From the NCBI GenBank assembly GCA_947630575.1, contig CANRIB010000003.1, positions 15,670 through 79,669 of the forward strand: a stretch of DNA of 64,000 nucleotides, given 5' to 3'. A program made the position numbers and the translations under genes. This DNA is from an uncultured Bacilli bacterium (GTDB lineage: Bacteria > Bacillota_I > Bacilli_A > RF39 > UBA660). The notes beneath the pieces were generated by a model, which was not told the origin of the DNA, did no database searches, and worked only from the letters and a program-made list of their open reading frames with translations. This document shows, one piece after another, positions 18,087 to 27,449 of this stretch; the stretch's first letter is position 1, and every line of letters starts with the position of its first letter.

Positions 18087-18923
18087 ATGCAAGATTTTAA
18101 GTTTTTAAATGATGATTTAACATTTAAATATGTTTTTTCTCATGCTTATATTTTAGAATATTTTATTAATTTATTTTTAGATTATATTAATTCTAATTTA
18201 AAGTTTAATATTACTAATGTAGAAGCACAAACATATATTATGCCTAATAATAAAAGTATTAGTTTATATTATGGAGATTTAGTAGCTAATTTATCTAATG
18301 GAACTATAATATCTTTAGAGATGTATAAAAATAAATTTACTTTAAATGATTATAATAAAAGTTATGCTTATAAATGTCGCATATTTGCTAATCAGTTAAA
18401 GAAAGTAAAAAAGAATAAAATAAATTATAAAGATATGAAGCAAGTAATAAGTTTAAATTTAATAAGAGGAAACTTTAATAAAATTAATAATAATATTATA
18501 AATTGTTATAGATTTAAAAATGATAAATTAAATGGAATCATAAAAGATAACACCATTATATATTTAGTAAGATTTGACATAGTAGAAAAAATAGAATATA
18601 ATGAGAATGAACATAAATTTATAACCCTTTTAAGGTTAATAAATGGAGAAAACATCAATGATTTAAAGAAGTATGCGAATGGAGATGAGATAATGGAAGA
18701 TATAATAGAATATGTATTTGAATGGAATAAAGAATCAGCCAAAAATGGCTTAGAAAAACTAATAGAAGATAGAAGTAATGAAGCAGCTTCTAAAGCCGAA
18801 AATAAAGGCCGAAATCAAGAAAAATTTACGATAGCTAAAAATATGTTAGAATTAGATATGTCAGTTGATAATATACATAAAGCAACAGGTTTATCTAAAA
18901 AAGAAATTTTAAGTCTAAAATAG
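18087..18923 (+). CDS. Rpn-family / PD-(D/E)XK nuclease-family putative transposase (paralog 1)
   Basis: N-terminal LNDDLTFKYVFSH and a GD...SLEMYK nuclease-like core, with a C-terminal HTH-like ATGLSKKEI. It is a paralog of 24960..25760. Confidence 0.7.
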   Translation: MQDFKFLNDDLTFKYVFSHAYILEYFINLFLDYINSNLKFNITNVEAQTYIMPNNKSISLYYGDLVANLSNGTIISLEMYKNKFTLNDYNKSYAYKCRIFANQLKKVKKNKINYKDMKQVISLNLIRGNFNKINNNIINCYRFKNDKLNGIIKDNTIIYLVRFDIVEKIEYNENEHKFITLLRLINGENINDLKKYANGDEIMEDIIEYVFEWNKESAKNGLEKLIEDRSNEAASKAENKGRNQEKFTIAKNMLELDMSVDNIHKATGLSKKEILSLK

Positions 18924-18999
18924 ATGCATTGACATCTTTTTTAAATGCAATCTATACTTTAAAAGAAATTTATGATAAAATTTATAAAGAGGTCTTATT

Positions 19000-19464
19000 A
19001 TGAATTTAGAAAAAATTGTTAAGTATTTAATTCAAAACAACTTAACTATATCTACCATGGAATCTTGTACTGGGGGCTTACTTGCTAGTTTAATTACAGA
19101 TATTCCAGGAGCAAGTAATATTTTAAAATTTAGTGCTGTAACATATAGTAATGAATACAAAATAAAAATGGGAGTTAACAGAAAAACAATAGAAAAATAT
19201 ACCATTTACAGTAAAGAAACAGCAGAAGAAATGGCCGCAAGTATCGCTAAATTTACCAATAGTACTATTGGAGTTGGTATAACAGGTCGTCTAACTAGTA
19301 ATATTGCTGAAGAAAAAAGTGTTGATATATGTATTTATGATACTAGAACTAATAAATATTATCATAAACATAGTCCTATTTTAAAAGATAAAAGAAAAGA
19401 TAATAAATTAGAAGTAATAAAAGTATTTAAAGATTTATTTAATTCGACATATAATTTAAAATAG
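19000..19464 (+). CDS. CinA C-terminal-domain protein / nicotinamide-nucleotide amidohydrolase PncC-like
   Basis: Contains the CinA_C block TISTMESCTGGLLASLITDIPGASN and GVGITG. Confidence 0.8.
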   Translation: MNLEKIVKYLIQNNLTISTMESCTGGLLASLITDIPGASNILKFSAVTYSNEYKIKMGVNRKTIEKYTIYSKETAEEMAASIAKFTNSTIGVGITGRLTSNIAEEKSVDICIYDTRTNKYYHKHSPILKDKRKDNKLEVIKVFKDLFNSTYNLK

Positions 19465-19493
19465 ATGTGCTAAAATTTTTTTGGTGATTAGTA

Positions 19494-19664
19494 ATGAAAG
19501 TAAAATTATTTGATGAATCTCACGAAAAAGATTTAGAAGATAAAATAAACAATTTTTTAAGTAGTATAGATGGTGAAGTAATTGATATAAAATTGCAAAC
19601 TAGTATTGCTATGTTTGGAGAAGAACAAATATATTGTTTTACAGCCATGATTATATATACATAA
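19494..19664 (+). CDS. cse60: sporulation protein Cse60-like (56 aa)
   Basis: Too small for the ORF track. MKVKLFDESHEKDLEDKINNFLSS...IYCFTAMIIYT matches my recollection of the Cse60/YteV pattern. A GGTGA RBS is present. Confidence 0.6.
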   Translation: MKVKLFDESHEKDLEDKINNFLSSIDGEVIDIKLQTSIAMFGEEQIYCFTAMIIYT

Positions 19665-19677
19665 AGGATGTGGAAGT

Positions 19678-21315
19678 ATGAAAAAAAATTCATTTATTGA
19701 AGGAACAATTATTGCCACTTTAGCAATAGTTTTTGTCAAGATAATAGGTATGTTATATGTAATACCTTTTTATGCTACTGTAGGTGTAGAAGGGGCTGCT
19801 TTATATGCTTATGCTTATAACATTTATGGTCTATTCTTAGAAATATCTACTGCTGGCATACCTAATGCCGTAAGCAAACTAATAAATGAATTTAATACTT
19901 TAAATAAACAAGAAGCTAAAATTAGAACTTATCGCATTGGCAAGAAAATTTTAAGTTTTATTGCGATTATTGCCTTTATCATTATGTTTGTTTTTGCTGG
20001 TAAAATCGCCGCCCTAATTCATATAGAAGGGGGAAATAGCATCTCAGATATTACTTTTGTTATTAGAAGTGTTTCTTTTGCTATTTTAGTCTTTCCTTTT
20101 TTAAGTGTTTCTCGGGGTTTCTTTTTAGGCCATAATGTCATTTATGTTTCTAGCATCTCTCAAGTTATAGAACAATTAGCTCGTGTAGCAGTCATTATTG
20201 GTGGCAGTTACATAGCTCTTAATTGGCTTCATTTAAGCACTAGAGATGCGATAGGAATCGCCGTATTTGGAGCCTTTATTGGAGGAGGCTTTGCTTTACT
20301 TTATGTATTAAATAAGCTTCGCCAAAATAAAAGTGCTTTAAATTTAGATAAAACCTTTAAAGAAAAAGATAAAGTTACTGATAAAGAGATAATAAAAAAA
20401 ATAATAAAATATGCTATACCTACAGTCATTATAAGTATAGCCTTTACTATCTATAATAATATTGATATGATTTTATTATTAAAAGTCATGGATTTCTTAG
20501 GATATACTGCTGCTGATACTGAATTTATTGCTACTGGTCTAAGTACTTGGGCTGCCAAAATATTTATAATTATTTCCTCAGTTGGTTTAGGAATGTCCGC
20601 GAGTCTAATACCTAATATGGTTGAATCATTTACTTTAAAAAAATATGAAGATGTTAATCATAAATTTAATAAAGCTATGGAAATAATTTTATTTATATCT
20701 CTTCCTATGTGTATTGGAATATCATTATTAAGTTCTTCTATATGGACTGTATTTTATGGTTATAATCCCTTAGGAACAAGCATTTTAGCTGTAGGAATAT
20801 TCGCTCCTTTATTTACAAATTTATTCTCAGTTGCTAATTATACTCTTCAAAGTATGAATAAATTTAAAGTTGTTTATATTGCCTCAACTCTAGGAATATT
20901 ATTAAATACCATCTTAGATGCTCCATTTATGTTTCTTTTAGATTTAATAGGTTTACCAGCTTACTGGGGTGCTACTTTTGCCACTGCTTTAGGTTTAGGC
21001 TCTACCATTTTTGTAGCTATGTATGTACTCAAAAAAGAATATAAATTCAAATATCATGAAATACTTACTGTCATGAAAAAAAGTTTAATTCCTCTTATTA
21101 CTATGATTGTTGTTGTAATATTAATGAAAATGTTTATTCCTATTAACTATGATAGTAGATTGTCATCAATTATTTATATTGCTGTAATCTCTTTAATTGG
21201 TGCTGGAATATATTTCTTAATATCTTATAAAATGGGTTTAATAGATAAAGTTTTAGGCTCAGATTTTCTTAAAAAAATAAAAAATAAATTTATCTCTTCA
21301 AAAAAAGAGGCCTAA
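19678..21315 (+). CDS. MOP-superfamily flippase (MurJ/SpoVB/YtgP-like polysaccharide biosynthesis protein)
   Basis: 545-aa protein with about 14 TM segments. The N-terminus GTIIATLAIVFVKIIGMLYVIPF...GAALYAYAYNIY is typical of the SpoVB/YtgP family. Confidence 0.75.
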   Translation: MKKNSFIEGTIIATLAIVFVKIIGMLYVIPFYATVGVEGAALYAYAYNIYGLFLEISTAGIPNAVSKLINEFNTLNKQEAKIRTYRIGKKILSFIAIIAFIIMFVFAGKIAALIHIEGGNSISDITFVIRSVSFAILVFPFLSVSRGFFLGHNVIYVSSISQVIEQLARVAVIIGGSYIALNWLHLSTRDAIGIAVFGAFIGGGFALLYVLNKLRQNKSALNLDKTFKEKDKVTDKEIIKKIIKYAIPTVIISIAFTIYNNIDMILLLKVMDFLGYTAADTEFIATGLSTWAAKIFIIISSVGLGMSASLIPNMVESFTLKKYEDVNHKFNKAMEIILFISLPMCIGISLLSSSIWTVFYGYNPLGTSILAVGIFAPLFTNLFSVANYTLQSMNKFKVVYIASTLGILLNTILDAPFMFLLDLIGLPAYWGATFATALGLGSTIFVAMYVLKKEYKFKYHEILTVMKKSLIPLITMIVVVILMKMFIPINYDSRLSSIIYIAVISLIGAGIYFLISYKMGLIDKVLGSDFLKKIKNKFISSKKEA

Positions 21316-21317
21316 GC

Positions 21318-21668
21318 CTAAACCATATAAACATTCGTGTTATCTATATCATCAGTAGTATAAAAATTATTATTCTCTAATTTATTAAGTCTTAAATCAA
21401 GTCTATTTAACTGTCTTTCAATTTTAGATAATCTTGCCTCAATATCTGAATAATCATAATTATTATAATTAGCAATATTATTTTGATTTTGTGGTATTCC
21501 TGTGTTATAATTCATAGGTACAGATCCAATAGGCCCTGCATAAAAACCTTGATTAGCGTAACTAGAAGTTGCAAAAGGCTGAGTATTCATATTAATATTA
21601 GGATTAGGAATACCCATATTACTCATATAACTAGCTTCTTGAAAAAAAGTATTTCGATCTTTTTTCAT
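21318..21668 (-). CDS. hypothetical Asn/Gln-rich protein with C-terminal coiled coil
   Basis: Track ORF, N/Q/P/Y-rich, followed by the heptad-like DIEARLSKIERQLNRLDLRLNKLENN. Confidence 0.45.
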   Translation of the reverse strand: MKKDRNTFFQEASYMSNMGIPNPNINMNTQPFATSSYANQGFYAGPIGSVPMNYNTGIPQNQNNIANYNNYDYSDIEARLSKIERQLNRLDLRLNKLENNNFYTTDDIDNTNVYMV

Positions 21669-21722
21669 ATTGATTTTCCTTTCAATCTTATTATATGAAA
21701 TAAATAGAAAGTAGTGATATCT

Positions 21723-22358
21723 ATGCGTTTAAGAAATTTAAAAGAAAAAGATATATTAATAACAAATTGCCCTTACTTAGAAAAAGAACCAGAAAAAAAT
21801 AAAAACAACTGGTCTAAAGTATTTAAAAATAATAATCCTATTCATTTAGAAATAGGTATGGGAAAAGGGGATTTTATTTATAATATGGCTTTAAAATATC
21901 CCAATATAAATTTTATTGGTCTTGAAAAATATACTGGAGTTATTGCTCGTGCTATAAAAAAATATCCAAACAAATTACCTAACTTAAGAATAATTAATGA
22001 TGATGCTTTAAATTTAAATAATATCTTTAATAAAGAAATAGCAGTTATATATCTTAATTTTTCTGATCCTTGGCCTAAAAAAAGACAAGCAAAAAGAAGA
22101 CTAACTAGTCCCATCTTTTTAAATATCTATGATAAAATTTTTAACAAGAATAAGAAAATAATTATGAAAACAGATAACTTAAATCTCTTTGCCAGTTCTT
22201 TGGTAAATTTAAGTAACTATGGATATATTTTAGAAGATGTTAATCTTGATTTAGCTAACAGTGATATTCCCAATGTTTTAACGGAATATGAAACTAAATT
22301 TATTAAAGAAGGCATAAAAATAAATTATTTAGTAGCAATAAAAAAATCAAGCTCTTAA
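21723..22358 (+). CDS. trmB: tRNA (guanine46-N7)-methyltransferase
   Basis: TrmB blocks are present (HLEIGMGKGDF, NFSDPWPKKRQAKRRLTS, TEYETKF). ATG 21723 is preferred (MRLRN...). Confidence 0.9.
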   Translation: MRLRNLKEKDILITNCPYLEKEPEKNKNNWSKVFKNNNPIHLEIGMGKGDFIYNMALKYPNINFIGLEKYTGVIARAIKKYPNKLPNLRIINDDALNLNNIFNKEIAVIYLNFSDPWPKKRQAKRRLTSPIFLNIYDKIFNKNKKIIMKTDNLNLFASSLVNLSNYGYILEDVNLDLANSDIPNVLTEYETKFIKEGIKINYLVAIKKSSS

Positions 22359-22366
22359 CTTGATTA

Positions 22367-23992
22367 TTAATTCTTAACTAAAACCGCGTGTACAACTAAT
22401 CGTTTTGAACCATTATCAGAACAAGTAGATAAAGTCAAAATCTTATCTTCAGCATTTACAGGGACTTTAAAATCATAAATGCTTCTTTTAGTTATCATAT
22501 CTGCAAAATCTAAAAAATCTTTATCATCCTTAAAAACAACTTTTAAATAATCATTAGTTTTAGGCACTCTATATATTGAAAAAATTTTAAATTGCATATT
22601 TTCATATAAACTATCATAAGTAATAATTTGATTTTCTGGATTAGTGTACCAACTTTTATTAGCAACTTTATAAAGTGTTCCAAACATAACTCCACTGTAA
22701 TAAACATTATGTCCATAAATAATAGTATTCTTATCCATATTCATTGAATTATTTCGATAATCCATAAATATCCATCCATTTATGGTTTTTTTGCGATTTA
22801 AATCATATTCTAAATAATAATCATTGTCTTTAGTTTGTACAACCGGATAATCAACATTAGTATTATTAACAGTTAAATGTCCGACAATATCTTGATTAAT
22901 AGGAAGCAAACTTGCCAGTTCTGCATTAGTAATCAATTTAATATTATCTTTAGGAACATCTTTTTCCAATGCTTCTTCATTAACTTTTTCTTGTTGTTCA
23001 TCTATTATATTTTTAACTTTTTCATCAGGGGTATTTTCAATTACTTGAGCTAAATTATCTTTTATTGAATCCACATCTTTTAAAGCTATATAATTAGAAA
23101 CTCCAACATAAGTAACCACTAAAATAATTAAACTACAAATAATTAACCCACAAACCTTTAACATATTTGCTATTGTTTGAGCAAAAATATTTTTATCTAA
23201 ATAGTCCTTTGTATATTCTAAAGTTAAATAAATATGATATTTTCTTTTATAAGTTTTATTTAAATCCCTTAAATAATTAGCAGTTTTCTCATCACTTATA
23301 TTTTCATGAATCACAATTTTAATATTTCGTCTATTTAAACTACTTAATATTTTTACTAAACTTTCTAATTCACTATTTATTAATTTATTAACATGTATAA
23401 CTTTCAAATATTTATTAATTTTACAAAAATCCCTAAAATCTTTTAAATCTTCCAAAGTAAAAGGGAAGGTTATTCTAACATTAGTTTTATAATAGATATT
23501 AGAATAACGAATTAAATTATTACTTTCCATAAAATTACTTATATAAAGTATTTCCGAACGAGTATCACACATAATATTATGTTTATCTAAAAGTTCAATC
23601 ATAAAAGGTTGTAAAGCATAACAATTTATATGTTTAATATGTTCTATCTTAATTAACAATTCACATATATTATAAGTTAAAGCTTCATCTTCAAGCAAAG
23701 TAAATTCTTCAATTTGTATTGCTTTCATAAGAAGAGGTAAAACCAATTCCGCTAATTCTATTTTACTTATAACAACTTTATTAATATTATATTGAACAGC
23801 TAATTCTTTAATAAAAGAAGAAAGTATCTTATAGTTATCTTTTATATAGACATCACTAAAAATAAGTTCATTATTACTAATGATATTTGTATTTATTAAA
23901 TCTTTATTAATTTTACTTTTATTCGAATCATAAGAAAAACCAATTTGATTATTATTAATACTAATTAATACCTTTTTCACATTAGCCACCAT
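22367..23992 (-). CDS. sortase (class B-like) fused to a roughly 280-aa N-terminal cytoplasmic domain
   Basis: The C-terminal domain carries a sortase His (IIYGHNV), the TLxTC motif (LTLSTCSD) and an Arg (KRLVVHAVL). A single TM lies near residue 280-300 (VCGLIICSLIILVVTYVGV). The N-terminal domain was not recognised. Confidence 0.75.
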   Translation of the reverse strand: MVANVKKVLISINNNQIGFSYDSNKSKINKDLINTNIISNNELIFSDVYIKDNYKILSSFIKELAVQYNINKVVISKIELAELVLPLLMKAIQIEEFTLLEDEALTYNICELLIKIEHIKHINCYALQPFMIELLDKHNIMCDTRSEILYISNFMESNNLIRYSNIYYKTNVRITFPFTLEDLKDFRDFCKINKYLKVIHVNKLINSELESLVKILSSLNRRNIKIVIHENISDEKTANYLRDLNKTYKRKYHIYLTLEYTKDYLDKNIFAQTIANMLKVCGLIICSLIILVVTYVGVSNYIALKDVDSIKDNLAQVIENTPDEKVKNIIDEQQEKVNEEALEKDVPKDNIKLITNAELASLLPINQDIVGHLTVNNTNVDYPVVQTKDNDYYLEYDLNRKKTINGWIFMDYRNNSMNMDKNTIIYGHNVYYSGVMFGTLYKVANKSWYTNPENQIITYDSLYENMQFKIFSIYRVPKTNDYLKVVFKDDKDFLDFADMITKRSIYDFKVPVNAEDKILTLSTCSDNGSKRLVVHAVLVKN

Positions 23993-24108
23993 CTATATAA
24001 TATCATATCTTTACATTTTTTTAAACATTTTGCTAAAAAAATATTTCTTTTTTACATTTTTATGCTATAATTAAAACATAATAATAGTAGAAAGAGGTTA
24101 TTTTAAAT

Positions 24109-24759
24109 ATGAAAAAATTAATGGGATTATTAAGTTTAATAGCAATTATGTTATGTATCTTACCAGCAAACGTTTCAGCCGATTCAAAATCAGTCAATAT
24201 ACCAGCTTATGGCACACTTACAATTGATGAAACACCATGGACATCAGAAAATAAAGTTGTTACTCAAGTATATTCAATTACTAAATCTGGACCAATCACG
24301 GCAATTACAATTATACCAGTTTTAAACGTATCTAATGTTAAAATTACAGCTTCATCTTATTTTGACATCATAGATGAACAAACAGGCAGCGATGGATCTG
24401 TTACTGTCTATTTAAAAGCTAAAAATGGTACAGGCGTAAATGGTACTAAAACTGAATTATTAACCGCGGTTGCAGATGGTAATGATAATATTCCATCTGA
24501 AGGTTGTAATTTATCATATAGCCCTATATCATTAAATTGTAGTACAAAAGTAGAAGGATATTATTTTGACGATAATGGCAATAGCATAACTGAAGAAGAA
24601 TATAAAGAAGCTTGTGAAGGAGTAGTTCCACCAAGTAATGATGTTCCAAGCCCTGACACTGGAAGCGTTGTTCCTTATATCGCAGTTGGTGGAGGATTAA
24701 TCGCTATCGCCGGTGTATATCTATATAGTCGTAAATCAAACAAAGTATATAAAATTTAA
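24109..24759 (+). CDS. cell-wall-anchored surface protein with SPDTG sorting signal
   Basis: Signal peptide (LPANVSADS). The C-terminus has SPDTG (24649-24663), a hydrophobic stretch (SVVPYIAVGGGLIAIAGVYLY) and a basic tail (SRKSNK). The gene is divergent from the sortase gene. Confidence 0.7.
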   Translation: MKKLMGLLSLIAIMLCILPANVSADSKSVNIPAYGTLTIDETPWTSENKVVTQVYSITKSGPITAITIIPVLNVSNVKITASSYFDIIDEQTGSDGSVTVYLKAKNGTGVNGTKTELLTAVADGNDNIPSEGCNLSYSPISLNCSTKVEGYYFDDNGNSITEEEYKEACEGVVPPSNDVPSPDTGSVVPYIAVGGGLIAIAGVYLYSRKSNKVYKI

Positions 24760-24959
24760 GTAGAATAAATAAAACCTCGCTTCTTAACCAAAGAAACGAG
24801 TTTTTTTATCTAAATTTTTATTAAAAACTACTTGACCAAAAAATATTTAGTAAGATATATTATAAATTATAAATATATTTAATGTCGGAATTTGTCGAAC
24901 GGTTTTTCTTGCTTTAAAACCATTTTTAGGTTTAGAATAAATCTAAGGGGGAAAAGTCT

Positions 24960-25760
24960 ATGAACTACAAAACATTAAAAGATGATCTAACATTTAAATA
25001 TGTTTTTTCTCATGAAGATATCCTAAAAGATTTTATTGATTCTTTTTTAAATTTTATGGGTCTAAATTATAAAGCTACTCTAACTAATGTTAAAGTTCAA
25101 GATTATATGTTACCTAATAAAGAAAAAGTTAAAGGGTTTTTTGGTGATATAGTCGTAACTTTAAATAATAGTTATATAGTATCATTAGAAATGTATAAGA
25201 AAAATTTCTCTAAAAGAGAATATAAAAAGAGTTTAAGTTATTTACATAAACTAAGTATAGAACAAATGAAGCCTGGCGAAAAGAATTATGAAAAGATAAA
25301 AAAGGTAATAGGAATAAGTTTTATGCAAGGAAACTTTAGAAGAATAAATAAAGAAATAGTAAATAGTTATAGTTTTAGAGAAGAGATAACAGAAAAAGTA
25401 ATAGATGAAGGAGATATAGAATTATACTTAGTAAGATATGATTTAGTACCAAAAAGAAGAACTAAAAAAGAAAAAAGATTTATAAAATGGTTAAGAATGA
25501 TAAATGCCAAAGACATAGAAGAACTAGAAAAAATAGGGAAAGGAGATAAAATAATGGAAAATTCAATTAGAGTAGTAAAAGAATGGTTAGAAGATAGTGC
25601 CAAACATGGATTAGAAAGATATATAGATGATGTTAAATTTGAAGCTACCGAAAATGAAAAAATAAATATAGCGAAAAACATGCTTAATAAAAACATGGAT
25701 ATAAAAGACATTATTGAAATAACAGGTTTATCTAAAAAACAAATTATGCATTTAAATTAA
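24960..25760 (+). CDS. Rpn-family / PD-(D/E)XK nuclease-family putative transposase (paralog 2)
   Basis: Contains LKDDLTFKYVFSH, GDIVV...SLEMYK and a C-terminal ITGLSKKQI. It is a paralog of 18087..18923. Confidence 0.7.
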   Translation: MNYKTLKDDLTFKYVFSHEDILKDFIDSFLNFMGLNYKATLTNVKVQDYMLPNKEKVKGFFGDIVVTLNNSYIVSLEMYKKNFSKREYKKSLSYLHKLSIEQMKPGEKNYEKIKKVIGISFMQGNFRRINKEIVNSYSFREEITEKVIDEGDIELYLVRYDLVPKRRTKKEKRFIKWLRMINAKDIEELEKIGKGDKIMENSIRVVKEWLEDSAKHGLERYIDDVKFEATENEKINIAKNMLNKNMDIKDIIEITGLSKKQIMHLN

Positions 25761-25849
25761 TCACTCCATTTTATAATTTATAGATAATTAACAAGTTTTG
25801 TTTGCTAAGTTAAACAAATTATGTTATATTATGAATGGAGTTGATTATA

Positions 25850-27328
25850 ATGCGCGAATTTACAGAACAAGAATTAGTCAGAAGAGAAAAATTAAATAAA
25901 ATAAAAGAAATGGGAATTGACCCTTTTGGAGACAAATATGATGTGACAGCTTTTTCTTTAGATATAAAAAATAAATATCAAGAAAAAAGTCATGATGAAT
26001 TAGAAGAATTAAATGAAAAAGTAAGAGTTGCTGGACGTATTATGTTTATCCGCAAAATGGGTAAAGCAAGCTTTTTTACAATCAAAGATAAATTAGGAAA
26101 TATTCAAATATATATATCAATTAATGATATTGGAGAAGAATCATATGCTTTATTTAAAACTGCCGACATCGGTGATATTGTTGGAGTTGAAGGAACAGTT
26201 ATGAAAACTGGTACTGGAGAAATAACTATTAAATGTCAAAAGTACACTCATTTAGTTAAAGCTTTAAAACCTCTTCCCGAAAAGTTTCATGGTTTAAATG
26301 ATGTTGAAGAAAGATTTAGAAGAAGATATGTAGATTTAATAATGAATGATGAAGCAAGAAAAGTTGCTTTTGCTCGTCCTAAAATTATTCGTTCTATTCA
26401 ACATTATCTAGATAATCTTGGTTATGTAGAAGTTGAAACCCCTATTTTAGGTACTATTTTAGGTGGAGCAGCTGCCAAACCATTTATTACTCATCATAAT
26501 AGTCAAAACATCGATATGTATTTAAGAATAGCAACAGAGCTTAATTTAAAAAGGCTCTTAGTAGGCGGCATGGACGCGGTTTATGAAATCGGCCGAATTT
26601 TCCGTAATGAAGGTATGGACCGCAAACATAACCCTGAATTTACAAGTATTGAATTATATAAAGCTTTCAGTAATCTTGAAGGTATGATGGATATTACTGA
26701 AGGAATAATATCTAATGCGGCAATGGAATTAAATGGCACCTATGAAGTAGACTTTTTAGGTCATCATATAAGTTTAGCTCCTGGTTTTAAAAGATGCCAT
26801 ATGGTAGATTTAATTAAAGAAAAAACTGGTATAGATTTCTTTAAATTAAATGAAGAAGAAGCTTTTGCTTTAGCTAAACAACACAATATTGAAATAGAAA
26901 GTCATTTTAAATTTGGCCATATTGTTAATGCTTTCTTTGAAAAATATGTTGAAGACACAATTATAGAACCAACCTTTGTTTATGGGCATCCAGTTGAGAT
27001 AAGTCCTTTAGCTAAAATGAATAAAGAAGACCCCAGATTTACTGAAAGATTTGAATTATTTATTGTTGGTTCCGAATACGCTAATGCTTTCAGTGAATTA
27101 AATGACCCAATTGACCAATATAATCGTTTTGAAAATCAATTAAAAGAAAAAGAAATGGGTAATGAAGAAGCAAATGATATGGATATTGATTTTGTTGAAG
27201 CTTTAGAATATGGTATGCCACCAGCCGGCGGAATGGGTATGGGCATAGATCGTTTAGTTATGCTCCTAACTGGAAGTGAAACTATAAGAGAAGTAATATT
27301 ATTTCCAACAATGAAACCATTATCTTAA
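25850..27328 (+). CDS. lysS: lysine--tRNA ligase (class II)
   Basis: N-terminal OB domain (VRVAGRIMFIRKMGKASF), followed by the class II motifs (FRNEGMDRKHNPEFTSIE and GGMGMGIDRLVMLL). ATG 25850 is preferred. Confidence 0.95.
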   Translation: MREFTEQELVRREKLNKIKEMGIDPFGDKYDVTAFSLDIKNKYQEKSHDELEELNEKVRVAGRIMFIRKMGKASFFTIKDKLGNIQIYISINDIGEESYALFKTADIGDIVGVEGTVMKTGTGEITIKCQKYTHLVKALKPLPEKFHGLNDVEERFRRRYVDLIMNDEARKVAFARPKIIRSIQHYLDNLGYVEVETPILGTILGGAAAKPFITHHNSQNIDMYLRIATELNLKRLLVGGMDAVYEIGRIFRNEGMDRKHNPEFTSIELYKAFSNLEGMMDITEGIISNAAMELNGTYEVDFLGHHISLAPGFKRCHMVDLIKEKTGIDFFKLNEEEAFALAKQHNIEIESHFKFGHIVNAFFEKYVEDTIIEPTFVYGHPVEISPLAKMNKEDPRFTERFELFIVGSEYANAFSELNDPIDQYNRFENQLKEKEMGNEEANDMDIDFVEALEYGMPPAGGMGMGIDRLVMLLTGSETIREVILFPTMKPLS

Positions 27329-27449
27329 CTATAAATAATAAAATAAATTAATAAAAATCAAGTTTTTTCTTTAAAAATTAAACTAAAATGAAAAAATATA
27401 CCTTTTATTTAGAAAATTTTGTGATATAATCAAAAAAGGAGGGAAATTT

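Noticed and set aside
18087-25760. Idea that the two same-orientation Rpn paralogs bound a 7.7-kb composite transposon.
   Set aside because: The enclosed genes include core functions (trmB, a MurJ/SpoVB-like flippase, a CinA-domain protein). No terminal repeats or duplications were seen beyond the paralogous genes themselves.
15200-25850. Looked for T-box leaders upstream of tyrS and lysS.
   Set aside because: The tyrS start overlaps the preceding aminopeptidase stop, so there is no leader. The lysS upstream gap is only about 90 nt and has no specifier or T-box-like sequence.
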